From Octopus bimaculoides (Eukaryota), in assembly GCF_001194135.2 (NCBI RefSeq), contig NC_069007.1, positions 20,868,827 to 20,932,826 of the forward strand: a stretch of DNA of 64,000 bases. Reading direction: 5' to 3'. A program made the position numbers and the translations under genes. The notes under the pieces were generated by a model. It did no database searches and was not told the DNA's origin. It was given only the letters and a program-made list of their open reading frames with translations. Shown in pieces: positions 9,746 to 21,400 of the stretch; the first letter of the stretch is position 1, and each line of letters begins with the position of its first letter.

Positions 9746-11521
9746 TCATGTCTCACATTTTAAAGACTTCCCTCCAGTGTGTATGCGTACATGTCTCTTT
9801 AAAAGACTGCTTGTAATAAACGATTTCCCACATATTTCACAGTGAAACAGCTTTTCTCCCGTGTGTTTCCGTTTGTGTATGTTTAAATCACTGTTATTAA
9901 CAAAAGATTTCCCACACACTTCACAGGCACAAGGTTTTTCTCCAGTGTGTCTACGCTTGTGACTCATAAGATCAAAATTTCGAGAGAAAGATTTCCCACA
10001 CATATCACAAAGATATGACTTTTCTCCCGTGTGTATTTGCTTGTGCACAACAAGGGAAGAATTTTTACAGAACGACTTGTCACATATATCACAATGGTAA
10101 GGTTTCTCTCCTGTATGTATTTGATTGTGACGTTTTAAATCGTGGTTTTTAAGAAAAGCTTTCCCGCAGATTTCACAGTGATAAGGTTTCTCTCCAGTGT
10201 GTATTTTTTTGTGTGCTTTTAATAAGCTATTAGTCAGAAAAGATTTCCCACAAATATCACAAGAATAAGGATTTTCACCAGCATGCATCATTTTATGAAC
10301 TACAAGTTGTGAATTCACATAGAACGATTTCCCACATATATCACAGTGGAAAGGTTTCTCTCCAGTGTGGATTCGTTCATGTGTTTTTAAATCACTGTTA
10401 TTTACAAACGATTTGCCACAAATTTCACAATGATGTGGTAATTCTCCAGTGTGTCTACGTTTGTGAACTACGAGATTAGAATTATCAGAGAAAGATTTGC
10501 CACATATGTCACAGTGAAACGGGTTTTCTCCAGTGTGTATCCTACTATGTCTTTTCAAATTACTGCTATAGAGAAAAGACTTGCCACAAATTTCACAACT
10601 GAAGGGTTTTTCACCACTATGTATTCGTTCATGAGTTTTTAAATCACTGTTATTTACATAAGATTTGCCACATACTTCGCACACATACGGTTTTTCTCCT
10701 GAGTGCCGACGTTGGTGGATTGTAAGCTTAGCATTTTCAATAAAAGACTTCCCGCATATTTCACAATGAAACGGTTTTTCTCCAGTGTGTCTACGTTCAT
10801 GGATGACAAGTTTCAAATTATTTATAAAACTTTTTCCACATATTTCACAGTGTAACAATTTCTCTCCAGTGTGCAGCCTTTTGTGAATTGCCAAACTACT
10901 ATTGGAGACAAAACACTTCCCACAAACATTACAATTGCATGGTTTCTCTCCAGTATGACTACGTATATGAATGACAAGTTTCGAATTATTAATAAATGAT
11001 TTTCCACATATTTCACATTGAAATGGTCTCTCACCAGTATGTATCGTCTTATGACGTGACAAAATAATATTAGAAACAAAATATTTCCCGCATATATTAC
11101 AATGGAAAGGTTTCTCTCCGGTGTGACTGCGTACGTGGATAACAAGACTGGCATTCTGAGTGAAAGATTTTCCGCATATTTCACACTGATATGGTTTTTC
11201 TCCAGTGTGTATCCTTTTGTGAATTGCAAGATGAGAATTATTTACAAACGATTTCCCACATATCTCACAGTGAAATGGTTTCTCTCCTGTATGTGTTCTT
11301 GTGTGTGTTGTTAGAAAAACGTTCGATGGGAAAGATTTCCCGCATATTTCACAGTGGTAGGGTTTTTCTGTCTTGTGTATTTCTTTGTGTGATAATAATT
11401 CCTCTTCCGACGAGAATATTTTACTACAAATCTCACAGTTTTTTTCAGTAATATTGCTATGAAATGATTTTCCTTCAGCAAATGTTACGTTGGAAGTGTC
11501 CAAGTCCTTAACGTCTTCCAT
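9746..11521 (-). CDS. C2H2 zinc-finger protein G3, family A (20 fingers)
   Basis: 591-aa ORF, MEDVKDLDTSN start, 20 fingers, ends KCET-stop. Confidence 0.94.
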   Translation of the reverse strand: MEDVKDLDTSNVTFAEGKSFHSNITEKNCEICSKIFSSEEELLSHKEIHKTEKPYHCEICGKSFPSNVFLTTHTRTHTGEKPFHCEICGKSFVNNSHLAIHKRIHTGEKPYQCEICGKSFTQNASLVIHVRSHTGEKPFHCNICGKYFVSNIILSRHKTIHTGERPFQCEICGKSFINNSKLVIHIRSHTGEKPCNCNVCGKCFVSNSSLAIHKRLHTGEKLLHCEICGKSFINNLKLVIHERRHTGEKPFHCEICGKSFIENAKLTIHQRRHSGEKPYVCEVCGKSYVNNSDLKTHERIHSGEKPFSCEICGKSFLYSSNLKRHSRIHTGENPFHCDICGKSFSDNSNLVVHKRRHTGELPHHCEICGKSFVNNSDLKTHERIHTGEKPFHCDICGKSFYVNSQLVVHKMMHAGENPYSCDICGKSFLTNSLLKAHKKIHTGEKPYHCEICGKAFLKNHDLKRHNQIHTGEKPYHCDICDKSFCKNSSLVVHKQIHTGEKSYLCDMCGKSFSRNFDLMSHKRRHTGEKPCACEVCGKSFVNNSDLNIHKRKHTGEKLFHCEICGKSFITSSLLKRHVRIHTGGKSLKCET

Positions 11522-12427
11522 ATTAATTAACCAGGAATTCTTAAAAGCTCTAGAAATATCTGTGATTATAATCTATAACGGTCCAGTTTCTTGTCTTAGA
11601 TGTAATGAGACAATGTTTACATGATCTAATTAACTCACCTGAAGTAATTACAAAGATACGGCGGTGTCGTTCATATATTTTCCCCTCACCTCAATGATAC
11701 CGGCGACAAAATTGAAAGATGCCTAACATAATTTAAAACATTCTGAAATGCTAGAAAATTTCTTCGCATTGTTCTGTATATTTGTGTTGTTGTTGATGCC
11801 CGATCAATAATGTATATATGTATAATACATTTCAATTGTTTCATTTATTTTAAATAGTTTATTTCCTCACTTCAAATAGCGAAGAAGTGCCCTAATTTTT
11901 AGACAGCAAATAAGTCAAAATCTTCCTTTTATTGTACTACAGAAACAAAATCTTTCCCATGTCGCTTTGTTTGACAAAGTGAAATACAGTTGGCGTCTTA
12001 AAAAAGCTAATACAGCAAGCCCTGCTAACTGAACAGTAACCTTTTATTTTTTTTTCATTACATACAAACATTTGACTGCTATTTCTAGCAAGTCAAATGA
12101 TAACTTAAGAGGTCCTTCGTTGATACGTATAAGATATTTATGTGGATGTTGTATTTTAGATTCACAATGGATTAGACACAATGCAAAGAACAAACTGATA
12201 TAACTGAATGTGATGCTGGATGTAATAAATTGTATTAAGGACAGTTTAATTACGTCACCGGTATAATTGCGGTTTGGGAAAGTTTCTCAACGTCGCGAAC
12301 TTGTCATCTTCATAATTAATTTAATTTATATCATGTTAGCGAAATCTCATTACTCAGAAACACTGAACCATAATGGATTATAGATACTGACATTTCTTAG
12401 CTGTTTACGAATTCCCTATCGGTTAAA
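11522..12427. promoter_or_regulatory. Divergent promoter region G3/G4 with mirror-image cassettes
   Basis: Minus cassette GGCGGTGTCG 11660, CCGGCGA 11700, CCTAACATAATTT 11722; plus cassette ATTGTATTAAGG 12229, TCACCGGTA 12255. Confidence 0.6.
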
Positions 12428-13837
12428 ATGGAAGACGTTAATCAGTTGGACACTTCTGGTAAGACAATTCTTAACGATGTAGATTCGGTTGTGCAAACAT
12501 ACGATGACGAGAAACCTTTATATGGTGAAACAGTTATTGAACAGAAATCAATACAGAGAAATATTGGTGAATATAGTTGTGAGGTTTGTAAGAAAACATT
12601 TCCTTCACAACACGAAGTCTTCACACACAAGGAAACACACAAGAAGAAGTTAAAACCATATCGGTGTGAAATTTGCGGCAGATCATTCAAGCAGAATTCT
12701 CATCTTGTAGTTCACAAAAGAATTCATACTGGGGAAAAGCCTTTTGGCTGTGAAATATGCGGGAAATCATTCATTAAGAAACTGAATCTTGTCATTCACC
12801 TCCGTAGCCATACAGGCGAAAAACCCTTCCACTGTAAAATATGTGGCAAATCTTTCGTCTCCAAGAGTAATTTAGCAAGGCATGAAAGAATACACACTGG
12901 AGAAAATCCGTTAAACTGTGAAATATGTGGGATATCTTTTCATCATATTAATGATTTAACTACGCACAAAGGAAAGCACAATGGAAAAGAACCATTTCAC
13001 TGTGAAATATGTGAGAAATCTTTCGTCTCTAATAATCATTTAATAAGGCACCGAAGGATACACACTGGAGAAAAACCTTCTTCTTGTGATATTTGTGGGA
13101 AATCTTTTCTTGATAGAAGTAATTTAACAACTCACAAATTAATACACAGTGGAGAGAAACGGTTTCAGTGCAAAATGTGTGGAAAATCTTTTACCCAAAA
13201 TAATCATCTTGTAGTTCATAAAAGAAGACATACAGGAGAAAAGCCTTATCACTGTGAAATCTGTGGGAAGGCCTTTGTATCTAACAGTGATTTAAAAACA
13301 CATAAAATAACGCATACTGGAGAAAAACCTTTTCATTGCGAAACGTGTGGAAAATGCTTTACTCAGAAGTCCAGCCTTGTTGTTCACAGAAAAATACACA
13401 CTGGAGAAAAGCTGTTTCATTGTGAAGTGTGTGGAAAGTCTTTCATTAATAATTTTAATTTTGTTATCCACGTCCGTAGTCACACCGGAGAAAAACCTTT
13501 CCATTGTGAAATTTGTGGAAAGTCGTTTGTCTGTAAAAGTAAGTTAGTGACACACATAAGAACACACACTGGAGAAAAACCGTTTCACTGTGAAATCTGT
13601 GGGAAATTTTTTCTTGATAGTAGTAATCTAACAATACACATAAGAATACATACTGGAGAAAAGCCTTATCGTTGTAAAACTTGTGGGAAATCGTTTCTTA
13701 ATAGTAGTAATCTAACGACTCACAAAAGAATACACACTGGAGAGAAACCTTTTCAGTGCGAAATTTGTGGAAGATCTTTCCGTGACAGCCGTAATTTAAC
13801 ACCTCACAAAAGAACACATTTGAGAAAAAAAGTTTAA
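12428..13837 (+). CDS. C2H2 zinc-finger protein G4, family A (15 fingers)
   Basis: 469-aa ORF, MEDVNQLDTSG start, 15 fingers. Confidence 0.94.
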   Translation: MEDVNQLDTSGKTILNDVDSVVQTYDDEKPLYGETVIEQKSIQRNIGEYSCEVCKKTFPSQHEVFTHKETHKKKLKPYRCEICGRSFKQNSHLVVHKRIHTGEKPFGCEICGKSFIKKLNLVIHLRSHTGEKPFHCKICGKSFVSKSNLARHERIHTGENPLNCEICGISFHHINDLTTHKGKHNGKEPFHCEICEKSFVSNNHLIRHRRIHTGEKPSSCDICGKSFLDRSNLTTHKLIHSGEKRFQCKMCGKSFTQNNHLVVHKRRHTGEKPYHCEICGKAFVSNSDLKTHKITHTGEKPFHCETCGKCFTQKSSLVVHRKIHTGEKLFHCEVCGKSFINNFNFVIHVRSHTGEKPFHCEICGKSFVCKSKLVTHIRTHTGEKPFHCEICGKFFLDSSNLTIHIRIHTGEKPYRCKTCGKSFLNSSNLTTHKRIHTGEKPFQCEICGRSFRDSRNLTPHKRTHLRKKV

Positions 13838-14321
13838 CTGAAATTTGTGGAGAATCTTTCCGTGACAGCCGTAATTTAACACCTCACAAAAGAACACATT
13901 TGAGAAAAAAAGTTTAACTGAAATTTGTGGAGAATCTTTCCGTGATAGCCGTAATTTAACACCTCACAAAAGAACACATTTGAGAAAAAAAGTTTAACTG
14001 AAATTTGTGGAGAATCTTTCCGTGATAGCCGTAATTTAACACCTCACAAAAGAACACATTTGAGGAAAAAAGTTTAACTGAAATTTGTGGAAAATCTTTT
14101 TGTGGTAGCTGTAACTTAACAAGTCACAAAAGAACACGTGAGAAGAAAAAAATTGTTTAACTAAGAAATTTGTGGAAGATATTTTCAAATCAGCCGTAAC
14201 TTAACATCTTACAAAAGAACACATGTGAGAAAAAAAGTTTAACAAAGAAATTTGTGGAAAATCTTATTGTGACAGCTGTAACTTAATACCTCACAAAAGA
14301 GCACATTTAAGAAATTTGTGG
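13760..14321 (+). repeat. 80-bp minisatellite derived from the last finger of G4 (~7 units)
   Basis: GAAATTTGTGG recurs at 13760, 13840, 13920, 14000, 14080, 14165, 14247 and 14311; the first four units are near-identical. Confidence 0.95.
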
Positions 14322-14609
14322 GAAAATTTGACTCTGAAATCCCATTTTGTAGTTTACAAAAAAAATTAAAAATACATACCAAGAAACCTCTACCTCATCA
14401 CATCGACACAGTATTTACTTCACCAACTCGAAGCAAGTTGGTAATATCATGTAATGGATTTCCTTGTGTATACAACACATAAATGCAAATGTTGATTAAA
14501 TAAATTAATTAAACCACAATCCGATGCTTTCCAATTGTTTTACTTTGATGTCATCCACATGCCTACTTCATCTGCTACCTCAACAACATCTTTTGCTACA
14601 CACCCCACT

Positions 14610-14980
14610 ACAGGGCTAACAGAGAAAAATGCCTTTGTTACCAGCAAAAATAGTAGTTCCCTCAACTTTCTCCATCCCATTCTTACTCTGGCAATTAAAC
14701 CTTTAGTATTTAAACCGGCCATATCCGGCCAAAATATTAAATCTGTTTTATGTTCAAACTGACCAGATCCAGGCTCTCACACCTACCCTACAATGTTATT
14801 CTACATTAAGTAGTTACACCATCAAGATCTTGAAGATATGAGATAATGCATGATTAATTCAAATCAATGTGAATCAATAAGCATTATGTTTGATAGAATA
14901 ATCTGAACACTAAAGGGTTAAACCTTCAAAACATCCACTTTCACTGTTCATAAGATCGCCTAGAAAATAAAAAAACTCTC
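14610..14980 (-). mobile_element. RTE-like LINE reverse-transcriptase C-terminal fragment, split by a MITE
   Basis: Removing the MITE gives FYFLGDLMNSESGCFEGL|IARVRMGWRKLRELLFLLVTK, homologous to 29787-29985. Confidence 0.7.
14695..14921 (+). mobile_element. piggyBac-type MITE with TTAA target-site duplication
   Basis: TTAA-ACCTTTAG...CTAAAGGG-TTAA; related copies at 9467-9680, 18447-19081 (interrupted), 24825-25035 and ~54240-54370. Confidence 0.78.
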
Positions 14981-15684
14981 AACTATATGAGAGGAGCAAA
15001 CGTGAACACCAAACCATTAATCGTTAAATTAATGAAGTTAACATTTTCATAAATGATTTTAATTTCTAAGTTGACTTTGGAAATCATTATTGGACTAATT
15101 AACTTCTGTTATATTTAGCTTCTGTTAACTCAAGTCAACTTTAGTTAACTTCAATTCAATTAAAATTAACGGATCTTATAGTTTTGGCACTTTTTAAAGG
15201 TGGTTTTAGAGCAAAAACTGATTTTTTGTTGTTTATAATAAAAATTAATGTTAATAGTTTATCGATAACTTCCATTACATTAGGAAATAATTAACTGATT
15301 AATGGTTATTGAAGTTAACTTTTTGGTTAACAGATTAACAGTTAACTTTTCAATTAACGGTGCCCATCTTTGCCATGGAGCCTTCTAGTTATTTGAAAGG
15401 ATCTACTTCCAATGCACTCTTACTGTGCAGCTATATGTAAAGCCTACCTCCTCCATTAGCTTATCTCTGTTTCCACGACACATTTTGTACTTATGTAATT
15501 TATACTGAGTATAGTCCTCACAGGGCCAGTTTCGCCCTGGACAGGATGCCAGTCCATCGTAGCATTACTCATTTTTGCCAGCTGAGTGGATTGGAGCAAC
15601 GTGATAAAATAAATACCAGCAAATTCAATAGCATTTTTGGAAATTTCAAAGTCAATATAAATAAATACCTTGACGCTTTTGTAC

Positions 15685-15748
15685 GTCGCTTACGACGTCG
15701 AGGGTTCCGCGAGTCCGCTGCCCTAACCACTGGGCCATTGCGCCTCCA
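15685..15748 (-). mobile_element. 64-bp head-to-tail deletion derivative of the family-3 SINE
   Basis: tRNA head ..GGACTCGCGG fused directly to the 3' end AACCCTCGACGTCGTAAGCGAC. Confidence 0.8.
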
Positions 15749-16292
15749 CTATATGTTATATATAAAAATAAGATTATACATAATGTAAATCATGATTAGA
15801 ACATCAACCAACCAACGGAGATATGTATATAAATATATCTGAATATCTACATGTTTATTCGTGTAATAGTTCAGCAGGGGATGGGGCTAGTCGATTACAT
15901 CAACCCCACTGCTGAACCAGTATTCGTTTCATCGACCTCGAAAGGAGAAATAAAAGGCAAAGTCGGTGGAATTTGAACTCAGAACGTAAAGACGAGCAAA
16001 ATGCCGCATTTTGCCTGGCGCGCTAACGATTCTGCTAGATCACCGCCTTAATCAACTTGATTACAAATGTTTGTGATTGTATTAAATTATATGAGGGAAA
16101 TTCAACTAACGACGCCGTTGTCATTAAAAGAAGGGAAAAATTATCAACGACACCGCGCACTTTGTATGGGAGAAATTGATTTGCTGAAATCGTGTTAAAC
16201 ATTGTGTTAGGATATCTAAGAGAAGCAACGGAACCGTAATACATTATATTTATAGACATTTGTGAACCTGTAAGCATTCCTGGTTAATTAGT

Positions 16293-17864
16293 ATGGAAGA
16301 CGTTAATCACTTGGATACTTCTAACGATCTAGATTCAGTTCCACAGACATACAAGAGTGAAAAAGCTGTGTGTGATGAAACGGTAACTGAAGAAAGATCA
16401 TCAAACAGAAATCTTACTGAATATAGCTGTGATATTTGTAGCAAAACATTTCCTTCCGAACAGGAAGCCTTCACGCACAAAGAAATACACAAGACAGAAA
16501 AACCTTATTGTGAAATTTGTGAGAAATTTTTCTTAAGAGATTCTCATTTTGTTATCCACAAACGTATCCACACTGGAGAAAAACCGTTTCATTGTGAACT
16601 ATGTAAAAAATCTTTTATTTCTAACAGCGATTTAAAAAGACACAGACGAATACATACCGGGGAAAAACGGTTTCACTGCGAAATATGTGGAGAAGCATTT
16701 ATAGAAAGATCAAAACTTGCTATTCACATACGTCGTCATACTGGAGAAAAACCGTTCGAATGTGAAATATGTAAGAAATCGTTTGTTACTAACGGTGAAT
16801 TAACAAAACACACCACTTCACACACTCGGGAAAAACCATTCCACTGTAAAATATGCGGGGGAACTTTCATTGATAGTTCAAAACTTGTTATTCACATACG
16901 CCGTCATACGGGAGAGAAACCATTCCATTGTGAAATATGTACGAAATCATTTGTCAGTAACGGTGAGTTAAGAAAACACGAGGCTGTGCATACTCCACAA
17001 AAACCATTTCACTGTGAAATGTGTGGGAAAGCTTTCGTTAGTGATGCAGATCTTGTTATTCACACATGTAAGCACGCTGGGGGGAAACCTTATCACTGTG
17101 ATGTGTGTGGGAAATCGTTTAAATCTGACAGTTACTTAACAAAACACAGAATCAGACACACTGGAAACAAACGCTTTCACTGTGAAATGTGTGGGAAGTC
17201 TTTCGCCTCTAAGAATAATGTAGTAAAACACGAAAGAAGACACACTGGGGAGAATCTGGTTTACTGTGAAACGTGTGGAAAATCGTTTGTCACCAAAGAC
17301 GACTTAAACAAACACAAAAGAATTCACACTGGAGAAAACCCTTTTCCCTGTGAAATCTGTGGGACCTATTTTCTCGATTTTAGTCATTTAACAACGCATA
17401 AAAGAATACATACGGGAGAAAGGCCGTTTCTCTGTGACATTTGTGGAAAATCTTTTGCTCAGAATTCCTATTTTATCGTTCACAAAAGAATTCATACTGG
17501 AGAAAAACCTTACCGTTGCGAAATCTGTGGAAAGTGTTTTGTATGTAAAAGTGATTTATCAACTCATGAAAGAACACATACTGGATTAAAACCGTTTGAT
17601 TGTAAAATATGTGGCAAAGCATTTGCTCGGAATTCGAATCTTATAGTTCACAGAAGAATACATACTGGGGATAAACCTTTTCATTGCGAAGCTTGTGGGA
17701 AACCATTTACCTCAAACAGTGATTTGACGATACACAGACGAATACACACTGGGGAAAAACCCTTTCACTGTAATATATGTGGGAAAAAATTTATTGCACA
17801 CAGTCACTTAAAAAGACATGTACAAGTACATACAAGCGAGGGGCCTATCATATATGAAACGTGA
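16293..17864 (+). CDS. C2H2 zinc-finger protein G5, family A (17 fingers)
   Basis: 523-aa ORF, MEDVNHLDTSN start, 17 fingers, ends IYET-stop. Confidence 0.94.
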   Translation: MEDVNHLDTSNDLDSVPQTYKSEKAVCDETVTEERSSNRNLTEYSCDICSKTFPSEQEAFTHKEIHKTEKPYCEICEKFFLRDSHFVIHKRIHTGEKPFHCELCKKSFISNSDLKRHRRIHTGEKRFHCEICGEAFIERSKLAIHIRRHTGEKPFECEICKKSFVTNGELTKHTTSHTREKPFHCKICGGTFIDSSKLVIHIRRHTGEKPFHCEICTKSFVSNGELRKHEAVHTPQKPFHCEMCGKAFVSDADLVIHTCKHAGGKPYHCDVCGKSFKSDSYLTKHRIRHTGNKRFHCEMCGKSFASKNNVVKHERRHTGENLVYCETCGKSFVTKDDLNKHKRIHTGENPFPCEICGTYFLDFSHLTTHKRIHTGERPFLCDICGKSFAQNSYFIVHKRIHTGEKPYRCEICGKCFVCKSDLSTHERTHTGLKPFDCKICGKAFARNSNLIVHRRIHTGDKPFHCEACGKPFTSNSDLTIHRRIHTGEKPFHCNICGKKFIAHSHLKRHVQVHTSEGPIIYET

Positions 17865-20800
17865 GGAAGCTTTCCCTTTGAAATCTAAATTTATAATCCA
17901 CCAATAACTTGATTTCAAATTACCCTAAATGTAGCAATTTCTGTGCAGATTACTTCCTGGTAACTTAGTCACATTCAGATTTCCAGGTGGTGAGAGGAAA
18001 CTGATTTTATGTGCAGGGCGTAGTTTGAAATTGGTTTCAGATTGCTCCTCCCTCCCCACTCACATCTTTTCCCAAATGCTCGTCACCCTGGTGGTAAATG
18101 AAAGAATTATTGGCGAGCTGGCAGAACCTTTCAAGCATCAAACCGAAATGCTTAGTGGTATTTCTTTCGGGTCTTTACATTCTGAGTTCAAAATCTTCCG
18201 AAGTTGACTTTGCCTTTCAGAGTTGATAAAATAAATACAGTCAGACTGGTTTTCATCTGCAAGCAACTTTCCACACTTCCTTAACATTGCAGGCCTTGTG
18301 ACAAAATTTGAAACCGTTATGGGTATTCAGTAAATTATAATAAGTGTGCCAACATCTTGTTTTGTATGGAAATATTGTTTGCATTTAAAGTGTATAAATA
18401 TATTTTGTTTTGTATATAAATATATTTCATTTGCATTCAAACTGTATTAACCCTTTAGCATTCAGATGGTTTTGTCAAATGTAATACTTATTTATGCACA
18501 ACCATTCATCATCATCATCATTTAATATCTGTGGTCCATGCTGGCATGGGTTGGACAGTTTGACCAAGGCTGGAAGGCTGCACCAGACTCCAGTCTGATT
18601 TGGCATGGTTTCTACGGCTGGATGCCCTTCCTAATGCCATCCACTCTGAAAGTATAATTGGTGCTTTGACATGTCACTAGCACAGGTGCCATTTGTGTGA
18701 CACGACTGCAATTTTACTTGGCTTGATGGGTCTTCTCAAGCATAGCATAATGCCAATAGTCTCGGTCATTCGTCATTGCCTCTGTGAGGTCCAGCACTCA
18801 GAAAGTGCTTTTCACATGCAACCGGCATCAGCCACACAGCCTCCATGAGGCTCAACGCTCAAAAGATGCTTTTTACATTCCACTGGCACAGGTGCCAATT
18901 ATGTGACACCAGCATCGTTTTGAATAAATGATGCATTATCACTTGGCTTCCAGATTTCAATGATGTGATTATTTTTAGATGACATTGCAGGGTAGGTGTA
19001 AAGGGCCGACTCTGTCCAGTTTGAACATAAAACATAGAATATTTGGGCCAGTTATGGCTGGTTTAAATGTTAAAGGGTTAATATATTTTGATTTGTACAA
19101 TATACAATTTGATTGCATTTGAAATGTATAAATATACGTGTTTAATAAATTTGAACTTTGGCAACAGTTTTAAATTTTCAGCAAGTAAAACAAAAAAAAA
19201 AAGTTTCAAATGCTTCCAAATGCAAACAAAATATAAATTTACACACTGCAAATTCAAATGAAATATATTTATGGAAAAAAATAAATTAAGAGTACAGTTG
19301 TAAGCCCTCTAATACAAATCGTTTTCTCTTTCTATATATATGTTTGTTTTTGTTCCTTCTTGAGCCATGCCTGGCTCATAAGGGCTAGTTTCCTGGTTTC
19401 ATATAGGTTCCCCACCTGGACGAGACACAGGTAAGCTGCAGAAGGAAAGAGTGAGAGAAAGTTGTGGCAAAAGAGTCAGCAGAAGTTCACCATTACTTTC
19501 TGCCGGAGCTGCATGGAGCTTAGGTGTTTCACTCATAAACACACACACATCACCTGGTCTGAGATTTGAACCTGTGATCCCGTGACTGCGAGTTTGCTGC
19601 TCTAACTACTAGGCCATGTGCCTCTAGTTTATTTATATATCTATATAATTATGATGATATAGAACATGGAGACTTGTTCATTCTCAAAATTTAATTTCTT
19701 TTATTTTACAATTTTATACATCATATTATTTATGGTCTTGATGACATACGTGTGTTTCTACTGCATGTATTACGGGCAGTTGCAGATGCAATCGGGCATG
19801 ATTTTTGGTGCAGCTTCTTCAGAATCTCTCCGTTTGGCTTATATATCATTATCATTTAACGTCCACCTTCCATGCTAGCATGGGTGGGACAGTTTGACAG
19901 TGACTGTTTTGGCAGGATTTTTACAGCTGGATGCTCTTCCTCACGTCAACCAGTTAACAGTGCAGTTTCTACCCTATTGCTGGTATCAGCTGGATGTTGA
20001 GCTGAGACACACCTGTCCAGCTTGTGCCATCATGAAAAATGGATACAAGACTAAATGATGGAACAGGTGCCACATAAAAAGCATCCAGTCCACACAGTAA
20101 AGTGGTTGGCATCCAGCTGTAAAAACCATACCAAAACAGACACATTAGCCAGCTGTGGTCTTCTACCTGGCTGGCTCCTCCTGTCAAACCATTCCACTCA
20201 TGCCAGCATGGAAATCGGACATTAAGTGATAATGACGATGATAAAAATTACTTTCCAAATTTTTTTTTTTAATACATTTGAAAACACTAGAGACATTTTT
20301 AAATAAAATATGTTGGTGATATAAAGGAAAAACTAGTAACCAAGTTTTAAAAACAGAAATTAAGGTTTATTTGGATAAAAATGTTGAATTTCAATTAGAT
20401 AACATTATGTAGGCAACAACGTTCACTTGTGATGTTTCAAATTCAATGAAGGCTGTAACATCATAAATTACCAGTCTCTGAGGATAGAGGGGCAAGCAAT
20501 AAAAAAACCATATTCATAAATAAAATAGAAACACAAGCAATACTTTCATTATTATACAAGTCCTGTATTTTCCAGCATATCAGTCGACATAGCAGAGAAT
20601 GTAAATATATAAACATCTAAACACCACCAGGTATCTTTCCAAGTCTTGCTGCATTTCACAAGGAATTTTTGGTCCTACAAAGTAGTCTTGGTGTAGGAGT
20701 CATCCTACCTTTTCTGGTTGTAAACAGGGATGGAGTTAATGCTTGTGGGGCCCTGGGCACTTCAAGTTCAGTGGGTCTCTCATACACAAATTAAAATCCA

Positions 20801-20959
20801 TGAAAAATTATCAAATTTACATCTCAAAATCAGTCTATTGCATTTAATTGAAATTGATTAATTAGTAGTTCTTAGGAAATTTAAATGCATCTGTCAGTGC
20901 AAAATGTCATCTCGACAAAGTACTGCAAGTTCCATCAATTTACCATTCTATACTACAAT

Positions 20960-21400
20960 ATTATCAAAACAACTTTCTTTTTATACTTTGCATCTGAAAA
21001 ATCTTTAATGAATTTCTCAAACTGTATATCATCATCATCGGTTAACATCCGCTTTCCATGCTAGCATGGGTTGGACGATTTGACTGCAGACTGGCGAACC
21101 AGATGGCTGCACCAGGCTCCAATCTGATCTGGCAGAGTTTCTACAGCAGGATGCCCTTCCTAACTGCTCTCAACATCGAAAAGGCACAGAATGTTTATTC
21201 TTTCATGGGTCACTGGAGATAATTCTTTATCAGATCCAATTTACTGAATGACTGTCCTCCTGAATAACTATTAGACATCAAGCTGATATATATATTCTAA
21301 GAACTACATCAACAGCTGGAAAACTATGAGCAAGCCCTTCATTACCGATTCAAAGAGCTTCTTCAAATGAGGTGAAATATGACCCAAGCTTACAAAAGGC
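20960..21400 (-). mobile_element. hAT transposase C-terminal (dimerisation domain) remnant
   Basis: With frameshifts it reads SFPAVDVVLRIY..SLMSNSYSGGQSFSKLDLIKNYL (hAT consensus FP....LRI.L.LPV.N.SGERSFSKLK.IKNYL), then FEKFIKDF after the retroelement insertion at 21033-21162. Confidence 0.6.

Noticed and set aside
13760-14321. CRISPR-like appearance of regular repeats
   Set aside because: Eukaryotic context, no unique spacers, and the unit derives from a zinc finger
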